A program made the translations under genes and the position numbers. Below the pieces are notes generated by a model. The model was not told where the DNA came from and made no database searches. It was given only the letters and a program-made list of their open reading frames with translations. Below are positions 52,821 through 64,000 of a stretch of 64,000 bases of DNA, piece after piece. The first letter of the stretch is position 1; the number at the start of each line of letters is the position of its first letter. Source of the stretch: the human T2T-CHM13v2.0 reference genome, Homo sapiens; assembly GCF_009914755.1 (NCBI RefSeq), contig NC_060931.1, one strand, 5' to 3'.

Positions 52821-53006
52821 TTTTTTTTTTTTTAATTATACTTTAAGTTCTGGGGTACATGTGCAGAATGTGCAGGTTTGTTACATAGGTATACACGTGC
52901 CATGGTGGTTTGCTGCACCCATCGATCCGTCATCTACATTAGGTATTTCTCCTAATGCTATTCCTCCTCTAGCCCCCCACCTGCCCACAGGCCCCAGTGT
53001 GTGATG
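52821..53006 (-). mobile_element. L1PA (PA7/8-like) 3' end
   Basis: 'ttatactttaagttctggggtacatgtgcagaatgtgcaggtttgttacatagg'. Confidence 0.92.
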
Positions 53007-53195
53007 CCCATCCCCCACCCCCACACCCGATTGGTTGAGAGAGTTAAGCTATTATCTAAAGATCTGAAGTTAGTTGAAAGAAATGTCTGAGTTAAGGTAG
53101 AGGAGTTGTGGGGACCAAGGGCTTTGTTACGTAGAGGAAGCCTCCTATATCACAGCCCTCTGAGAGAATAGATGGTCAATGTCTCTTTTCAGACA

Positions 53196-53510
53196 TGTGT
53201 GTGTGTGTTGTTGTTGTTGTTGTTGTTTTGAGACAGGGTTTCACTCTCTTACCCAGGCTGGACACATGTGGTGACAAGACCACAGCTCACTGCCTCCTCA
53301 ACCTCCTGGGCTCAGGTGATCCTTCTGCTTCCGCATCCTGAGGAGCTGGGACCACAAGCCCACGCCTCCACAGGCTGCTGATTTTTTTTATTCGTAGTAA
53401 TGGGGTCTTGCCATGTTGCCCGGGCTGGTGTCGAACTCCTGGGCTCAAGTGATCCTCCTGCCTCAGCCTCCCGAAGTGCTAGGATTACAAGCCCAAGCCA
53501 CCACACTTAG
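53196..53510 (-). mobile_element. AluJ with (TG)n/(TTG)n tail
   Basis: Degenerate antisense dimer. Confidence 0.88.
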
Positions 53511-54145
53511 GCGGTGAATCTCTCTTAGATCTAACAAAGGCTGGCTGCATTAACAGAGATTCTCTACAGATGCAGGTTTCCCTGTTTCGTGATGGCTTTG
53601 CAGGGCTACTTCAAATTATGTCAAAGAAATATACTTCGGGGTAAAATATTTTGATTTCCTTCAGGGTCTGCTGTCCTGTGATGCTATATTAGAGTCAGGT
53701 TGGAAAGTAAGCCACATTATACCAGGTTAATTTTTAAAAACCCATTTAACAAGATTCTGTGGTTTGTAGGGTGTGACTTAACCCTTGCCTGGCATGGCCT
53801 TGGGTCTTGTTTATAATTTGGTATCTTACTGCCATAAAAAGTCTGTTTTGACAGTCTTATGGTCTCTATTTTAATATTAATATGGGTCAGTTGTGCCCAA
53901 ATCCAAAAGGGAGGAGGTATAAGGAGGTGTGTCCCACCTCCCTTCTCATCATGGCTGGGAATTCAGTTTTTTGGGATTTTCTGGGGCCCCCTTGGCCAAA
54001 AGGGGGTCTGTTTAGTTGGAGGGCTTAGTATTTTATATTTGATTTACAAACTTATTTATTGGTCACCAGAAGAAATCCCAGTGGTGGGGATGATGAGGAG
54101 GCAGCTGCTCTGTTTGCTGCTGAGTTACTTTCATATGTAGTCCCT

Positions 54146-54855
<710 letters not shown>

Positions 54856-55527
54856 CTACAGGATTGTAGCGGTACAGAGGAGGGACAGTTAGCATGTCAG
54901 GAAAAGATTCAGAGAGTTGATACTTAGGAACTGAGTCTTAACCTATCAGTACATGGCTGTCAAAAGATAGTTGGGACAAAGCACTTCAGGTACAACCCCA
55001 ATTCTCGTTTCTTCCCCCTGTGTATCACTACATGCAGCCTGAAGCACTTGGCTCCATCGTCTTGAACCTGTACAGCTGTCTTCCCCTTGGTCCAGGTGAC
55101 GTAAGGGCTTCCTTGGAAGCAGCAGCATTTATTAGTGCTGGTTCCAATCAGAGAACTGACATTAGAACTCTACTGTTGCTCTTGTGGCCAGGGCCAGGAA
55201 ACAGCTGGAGTGGTTTGAACTCTCTGCAGGAGGATGGATGCGTTGAGGCTGGGCATGTGTGCATGCTCGTGCGTGCAGATCTGCGTCTGTGTGTCTATGA
55301 GTCTGAGTGTGTGTAGGTGTGTGTCCATTTGGATGGGTGGCTAGATGTTTATATGTAGGTGTTGCCACCAAAAACAAAAGTAGATATTCAGAAAACAAAG
55401 TGACAGCTCAAAACCTCAGACAAGCTGAAAGACTGCTCAGAGAAGGGGGAGGTTGAAACAACTTCAACCAAAACAAAATGAAACAGAGAAGGAAGTTGCA
55501 TCAGAAGAGGAAGAATGCCAATGTCAT

Positions 55528-55950
55528 GCTGAAGAACCACAAATGTCGCAAAATAAAAATAAAACGTGTGATTCTTATTTTACCTAGCCAAATATTATTA
55601 CAATATTTTCTCCTTTAGAGTGTTAAAAATTACTGAAATTATAATATTTAGTTCAGCGAACATGAAGGACACAGAAAAACACAAACAAAAAATTCATTCC
55701 TATAATTTTTTAATGTTATATACATCATATTTTATTTATTTGGATCAGTGATTGATTTTAACTTTGCTTCCTACCTCCATATAAAAATTTTTCTCCAGCA
55801 TTTAAAAAATATTAAAAACACGTTCTGAAATTGACTTATTGAAGAACATGTAAAAGGTCTCATTATTAGCACAAATTGAGAAATTATAATAAAGATACTC
55901 TAATAGCGAAGTGATTAAAGATGTCAGAACAAAAAATTATAGATCCCAGT
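55528..55950 (+). mobile_element. Possible decayed hAT (Tip100/Blackjack-like) transposase C-terminal remnant
   Basis: Translates as LILTLLPTSI*KFFS...KTR...LAQIEK...EVIKD, resembling the hAT dimerization motif LLTLPVTSxxxERSFS. Confidence 0.4.
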
Positions 55951-56426
55951 GATGTTATTAAGTTTTTTCATTTCAGTTCATGTAGAAATGTTAGCTCCTT
56001 TGCCACAAAGAAATAAAAGAGTAGTTTTCCTTTTGATTAGATTCTTGTAACTACACACATGAAAAATTTATAGGATTGGTTTAGGTGAGGGGGTTTTATA
56101 TATATAAACTGTTAATATAACATTGGAATAAGCTTGGCAACCAGGTCTCAGAGAAGTCTTTTGAATCTATTACTTTATAATTATAGTGATATTGATTGGC
56201 TTTCCATCACCTTCCTAGAATTATAATGACATCCAATGATTAACTGATTTGCCAATCTCGCAAATAGTTAAAAGAATATTGAGTTTTTGGCAGTGAACTA
56301 GGGAAGTTTGTGTGCTTTTTGTTAAAATGAAAAACTGTACTCCTCAATTGAATACATTTTTAGTACATACACGAGTTTACCAGCAAAGATAACTAGAGAG
56401 TGAGCTTGGTGTGCACACAGTGAAAG

Positions 56427-56532
56427 GAGCTTGGGAGGTTGAGATTGAAGTGAGCTACGATGCCACTGCACTCCAGCCTGGGTGACAGAGGGAGACCCCA
56501 TCTCCAAAAAATAAATAAATAAATAAAAATAA
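56427..56532 (+). repeat. Copy of the 3' ~100 bp of the neighbouring AluJ (56951-57077)
   Basis: Shares non-consensus variants and a 35-nt exact run. Confidence 0.85.
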
Positions 56533-56716
56533 TTAATAATTAGGAAGAGAAAAGCACTGATCATGAGGAAAGGCAACCACTGAGTATGATGCTCACTTTA
56601 TGTGCTTAAAGCGGGGACTCAGCAAATAATTGTGGAAGGAGGGAATGAGTGAAATGAGTGCATAAATAATAAGTACAAAGAAAGTGGCGTAAGTGTTTAA
56701 TTCAAAACGAAGTTTA

Positions 56717-57035
56717 GACCGGGCATGGTGGCTCTTGCCTGTAATCTCAGCACTTTGGGAGGCCGAGGAGGAAGGATTGTTTGAGCCCACGAGTTCGAGA
56801 CCAGCCTGAGCAACATAGCGAGATTCTGTCTTGGCAAAAAACAAACAAACAAAAAAACAAAGCAAAACCCAAAAATGAAATTATTAGCCGGGCAAGATAG
56901 TATGTGCCTGTGGTCCTAGCTATTCGGGAGGCTGAGGTGGGAGATCCCTTGAGCTCAGGAGATTGAGATTGTAGTGATCTACGATGCCACTGCACTCCAG
57001 CCTGGGTGACAGAAGGAGACCCTGTCTCCAAAAAA

Positions 57036-57070
<35 letters not shown>

Positions 57071-57077
57071 AAATAAA
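56717..57077 (+). mobile_element. AluJ with (TAAA)n tail
   Basis: Dimer, TSD aagttta. Confidence 0.92.
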
Positions 57078-57621
57078 GTTTATATTTTGCGTCATGACAG
57101 GGTTATAACATATTTTCCCTATGATGCTGTCTTGGTGATACATAAGTTGTATACTTTTCAGAAGTTGTGAGGCCCTTAAAGAAAACATCTACCAAATTAG
57201 TCTGGGGAAGAAATGAAAATCTATGCAAAACAAAGTTTTTAGATATTTTAAAAATATTTTACAAGACTAAATTCATTGTTACTTTAGGAACATAAAAATA
57301 TATGAGGTATAAAATGGTTTACTCGTAGAATTATTAAATATTTAAAATTATAATTTATTCAAATAATATGAATGTACTAATTGAGACTTTTAAAAATCTT
57401 TAAAACTAATTACCAGTGGGGCTATGACCTACTGGACTTTAAGACATCAAATATCCTTTAGCTTCTGCCAACTGAGAAGAAAAACAACAAAAAGAGGAGA
57501 AGCCACAAACATCATAGTAAAAACACATACCAGAGTTATGTTTTTTCTAGATCTTCCATAAGGCATTTATTTTCAGAAAGGGTATAGGAAGAAGCATTTT
57601 TTTAAATAAAAAAGAAAGCAT

Positions 57622-57994
<373 letters not shown>

Positions 57995-58833
57995 TAACTA
58001 AATTCATTAGTTGTAACTTTTTCTCAAGCATTCACATTTCTGTTTAACGTGTGAATGTCCCCAAATATGCCAGTTTCCCTGCTTCCTAGGCTTCCAGTCT
58101 CCAGGGGTTCTTCAGCTGCACTAATTTCCTGACTCAGAATTGCCAGGGGTCTCAAGTACACTCCAGAGGACTCGTGTAAACTGGCTAGGCCAGCTTGTGT
58201 TCTGGGAAGCCTGTCTTTTCTGGTGGTGTTCCCAAGAAATAGGAAAGAGAAAAAATGATGTGTGGACTTAGGGATGATGTGTGATACTGAGTTTTGCTTT
58301 ACATTTTAACTCTCCAGCTCTTTCCTTCAATGAATGGCAAGCCATTCTCAATTCCAGCTCTTCTGTACTGAAGAATTTAGCATCACTTTCCCTGGAGATC
58401 CAAGGAACTTTGCTTTTTGCCCAAAATACCTCTCTCTCCCAAAGCAATTTCCCCTCCTCAGAGAAATGCTGTCGTGTCAGGCTGCACTGCCCTTGAACCA
58501 GACAACTTTCTCTGCTTGTCTTTATCTGTCTAAATAAAGCTAACCTACATTTGCTGTCTAATTCATTCGGATGCTTGCTGATGCTATTTAAAGCATCCCG
58601 CAAGGCCCAGTGGAAAACAAGATGCATTATCTCCAGTAGGGAACCTTTAGGTTTGCTCATCGTTTAAGGAACTCAAGAATCTAAAGAATCCATTCAGTCT
58701 TCCCTGGTTCGGACATGAAGAACACGGGGCTCTTCACATATATATTTTTTTTATTCCAGGCAGTCTTCTTTGACTTATAGGTGGCTGGGATCAGTTGATA
58801 CAAAAAGACGTAGCTAGAAAGTCAATCTCAATC

Positions 58834-59008
58834 ATTCTCTCTCTTTCACTCTATCTCTGTCTCTCCCTCTATCTCTCTATCTCTTTCTCTCTGTGTCTCT
58901 CTCTCTGTCTTTGTGTGTGTGGGTGAGTGAGCCTGAAGACAAGAAGACACACACACACTGTGTGTGTGTGTGTATGTGAGAGAGAGAGGGAGAGAGAGAG
59001 AGAGAGAG
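58834..59008. repeat. Compound microsatellite (CT)n-(TG)n-spacer-(CA)n(TG)n-(GA)n
   Basis: Directly visible. Confidence 0.92.
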
Positions 59009-60041
59009 CATCTTCAGACTTCATGAAATTCAACTTTTCTGAAGATTAATTTCTCAGCAGAATGTATGTTTCATTCTGGGCTCTGATGATTGTTAGTCCA
59101 CTGTGAATTGCCTCACAAGAAACAAATTTAAAAGTTCAAAAGCGGCTGTCACCTTCGTGAACAGACTTCTGGTGAGTTTTTGGCTTGTTTCCATCACACT
59201 CTCTTCAGCCTCCATATGACGATTTGTTACAGAATCCTGGTACTTCTACATTCCGGAAAGGAAAAGGAAATTCTCCAGGCGTAGGAGCAAAATCTCGGGG
59301 ATGTAAATAGGACTTCACTGTGAACTTATATATGACTGGGGAAATCTGTTGTATCTTTTTTCAGTTCCGGTATTTCTGTTGGCCTGTCGGCTTGCTTAGT
59401 GGGAGGGAGAGAGAGCTGGTACAATGGGATTGTTTTAACCATTGGTGCCCCGCTGCTACCTTAGGCACATACTTATTATCAGCATCCATTTGTTCAGCTA
59501 CAATTCTATGACGTCCATTGCAGTGAGTGAGTCAGAAGCCACAAGCTAACAGGTCTATTCCTTCCCACCGTCACCTTGGAAACCAATGCATCATCCACAG
59601 GAAATGCAGGCCCCGATGGGGAGTGTGCCCAGATCGAGTTATAAAGCTGGCAATCAGTTTTTCAAAGGAAGTCAAATAATAATTTGTAGAATCTTAGTCT
59701 AGGGTGAGAGGTGGATCCAGCCTCTTGGGTATGGATTGAGGGCTGTCAGGCAGAAATATCACGAGAAATTAATCAGTTAAAATGTAAGTAGTAAGTAAAA
59801 TGTAAGCAGTAAGATGTCTGCTTGATAAGAATTTGACCAAAGGCAAGAAATATAGAGATATGATTTGATTTCTCTAGCAAATAGCATTTATTTGCCCAAT
59901 AGCTGAGGGTCTTTTTTGGTATGGTTGTACAGTGTGTGAAATGAGATAAGGAAATTGACAACACACAAAACAAAGCTTTCTGCTGAATGAAATGTATGTC
60001 CCCTTTCTCGTGGTCACTATCCCCGCTAAAAAAGTGATGGA

Positions 60042-60673
<632 letters not shown>

Positions 60674-61004
60674 ATGATGGAGAAAACCACAGTCTGGTTC
60701 CCCCCAAGCTCTCACTGATTTTTTGTTTGTTTGCTTATTTTTTGCCTATGCCTGATTTTCTCTTTTCTTGATGACTGAGTATGGTATAATCCATACACTG
60801 GCCTTAGTGTATATATGCAATTTATCACACAATGTCCAGATACCTGTGGATACAAGTGTAGTACAGCTGAGAAAAATTACCTGTACAGTTTCATGTTGTT
60901 TGATGAGTTTAACGTTTCCAGGCGGATTTACATTCCCATACTCCTATGAGTGAGAGATTTTACATCAAAGTACAACGTGAAGTCTCCCAGAACTTCCTGC
61001 TTTA

Positions 61005-61130
61005 GACTTAAAGCATGTTAGAAGGCAGAAAAAAGATCTGAAAAATCACCTGGTCCAACTACCTCATTTTTCACACAGGAAATGATTCCCAGAAAGGTGG
61101 AATGACTTGTCTAAGGTGACATAGTAGATA
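61005..61130 (-). mobile_element. MIR/MIR3
   Basis: 'ctggtccaactacctcattttt...gacttgtctaaggtgacatag'. Confidence 0.6.
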
Positions 61131-61179
61131 TTAGGATGTACGTTAGAGCCAGAGGAAAGGAGATAGAAGAGATAGGAAG

Positions 61180-62030
<851 letters not shown>

Positions 62031-62254
62031 ACCCCGAAACATTTATTGAGCTGTTGCATTATACCAGTCTTGCTAGACACTAAAGACACAATGATGACTA
62101 ACATGGCCACTTCCTGCAAAGAGTTCAGAAGTCCATTGGAGGTCATGAGATCACTTATTTGCAGAGACAGGATGACCAGTAATGTAGAATGCCAAGGAAG
62201 AGAAGCAGGCACTGGAAAGAAAGAAGTCTGGACTACAGGGACTCTGAGGTTGCT

Positions 62255-62722
62255 GTCTGTGTTAATGAAGGGAACACTAGCTGCTGTAATAATCAAACCT
62301 AAAAAATGTCTTATGGCTGAAGCCTGAAAGAAAGTTTATTTCACACTTATCTGACATTCACCATGGGTGTGGTAATAGTGGCTGATAGTGGTGGTTCTCT
62401 TCCAAGTGGTAATTCAAGGAACTAGGCCACTTCTATCTTGTGATTCTCCCACCTTCACGTCTTCAACATGTGGCACTGACAGGCAATGACATCCTGCTAA
62501 CAGACAGGGAGAGAACATGGAGGATTGTGTGGGGAGGTTTTTATGGGCTGGACCTTAGAACAGAGAAGTGGTGCACATAAACTCTGTTCACATTCTATCC
62601 ACTAGAATTTAGTTGCATGGCCACCATCTAGCTGCAAGGGAGGCTTAGAATTTAGTTGAGCTGTTTTCCTAGCAAAAAGAAGAACCAGGTTTTGACGTAT
62701 CACTAGCAAATCTTCTACCACA
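62255..62722 (-). mobile_element. MLT1I/J-type LTR
   Basis: 'gttcacattctatccactagaatttagttgcatggccaccatctagctgcaagggaggct'. Confidence 0.7.
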
Positions 62723-62809
62723 CTCTCCAACTCTGAGATTCTATGATTATGGTGGCAGAACCAAGACAGGAATTTTTAAGGGGTGCTGGGGAGGGTGGCA
62801 GGGTACTCC

Positions 62810-62980
62810 ATTTATTTATTTTTAAAACTTTTTATTTCATTTATTTATATTCATAATTGACTAATAAAAATCATATATATTTGTGGTGTACAATATGATG
62901 TTTTAATATATGCATACATTGTGGAATGGCTAAATCAAGCTAATTTACGTATTATGTGTTACCTCATATGCTTATCTTTT
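62810..62980 (-). mobile_element. L1MA 3' end
   Basis: 'gtgtacaatatgatgtttt...atacattgtggaatggctaaatcaagctaatt'. Confidence 0.85.
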
Positions 62981-63281
62981 TCTTTTTTTTTTTCAGACAG
63001 GGTCTCACTCTGTCACCCAGGCTGGAGTGTACTGACACGATCATAGCTCATATCTCACTGCAGCCTCAAACTCCTGGGCTCAAGTGATCCTTCCACCTCA
63101 GCCTCCCAAGTAGCTAGGGCTATAGGTACATGCCACACCCAGCTGATTTTTAAATTTTTTATAGAGACAGGGGTCTTGCTAGGTTGCCCAGACTGATCTC
63201 AAACTCATGACCTTAAGCTATCTTCCCACCTCGGTCTCCTAAATTGCTAGGATTACAGGTGTGAGCTACCACACCCAGCCC
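62981..63281 (-). mobile_element. AluJ
   Basis: Antisense dimer. Confidence 0.92.
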
Positions 63282-63368
63282 TCATTTTTTATGGCCAGAA
63301 AGGAATTTTGAAGTTTTCTTGTTTGATACCAGAGTCATCCCATCCCATGTTTACATTAAATGTCTTCC

Positions 63369-63503
63369 TGGATTGGATACGGTGGCTCATCCCTGTAATT
63401 CCAGCACTTTGGGAGGCTGAAATGGGAGGATTGCTTAAAGCCAGGAGTTTGAGACCAGCCTGGTCAACCTAGTGAGACCCTATCTCTTAAAAGAAAAAGA
63501 AAA
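63369..63503 (+). mobile_element. FLAM_C
   Basis: Left monomer with A-tail. Confidence 0.85.
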
Positions 63504-63549
63504 CCTTTCTGTTGAAGGTGTCCTATTAATAATATATTGTTAACTTTTA

Positions 63550-63860
<311 letters not shown>

Positions 63861-64000
63861 TAATGGTGACTATTATAAGTAAAGTTCCCCCCCGCCAGGG
63901 ACCTGCCACTTCAGAATACTATAAAGTTAAAAGGCTACCTACAAATTAAGGGGAGGTAACTCTCCTTAATGTATAAGGAGCAGACTGTGAAGCTGCTCTA

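Larger units (their letters stand above)
52529..54048 (-). mobile_element. MER4D-type ERV1 solo LTR containing L1PA and Alu insertions
   Basis: Minus strand starts TGTAAATCAAATATAAAATACTAAGCCC; TATAAAA at 52673-52667; TG...CA termini. Confidence 0.8.

Noticed and set aside
58268-58660. 130-aa minus-strand ORF in unique sequence
   Set aside because: No recognisable motif or splice context; length is within chance expectation for 64 kb over six frames.

Overview
Primate, human-like, non-coding genomic DNA (intergenic or deep intronic). Roughly half is transposon-derived: about 60 Alu/FLAM/FRAM/FAM copies, MaLR LTRs (MLT1), ERV1/ERVL solo LTRs (LTR8, MER39, LTR35/MER72-like, MER4D, LTR47), L1M/L1PA/L2/L3/MIR fragments and hAT DNA elements (MER20, MER58A, MER5). 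I find no credible protein-coding gene: the longer ORFs are Alu-derived or low-complexity, the rest are short with no recognisable domain, and I cannot name the locus. There is no CRISPR array, rRNA or tRNA. The interesting signal is fine-scale fossil structure. (1) An 81-bp TSD-flanked retro-insertion carries a 41-nt hairpin that matches the predicted transcription start of a MER4-type LTR, a possible TAR-like short transcript. (2) A snaR-related (ASR/CAS-like) monomeric SINE is nested in MER20. (3) An Alu is split by a ~340-bp inversion, supported by its target-site duplication. (4) Several short local copy-and-paste segments (donor 0.5-3 kb away, no TSD) and patchwork fillers look like templated DNA-repair scars. 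(5) Satellites have grown from an Alu TSD and from Alu tails. Repeat family names come from my recall of consensus sequences and need RepeatMasker/Dfam confirmation. Boundaries are approximate (about +/-10 bp; more for old elements).
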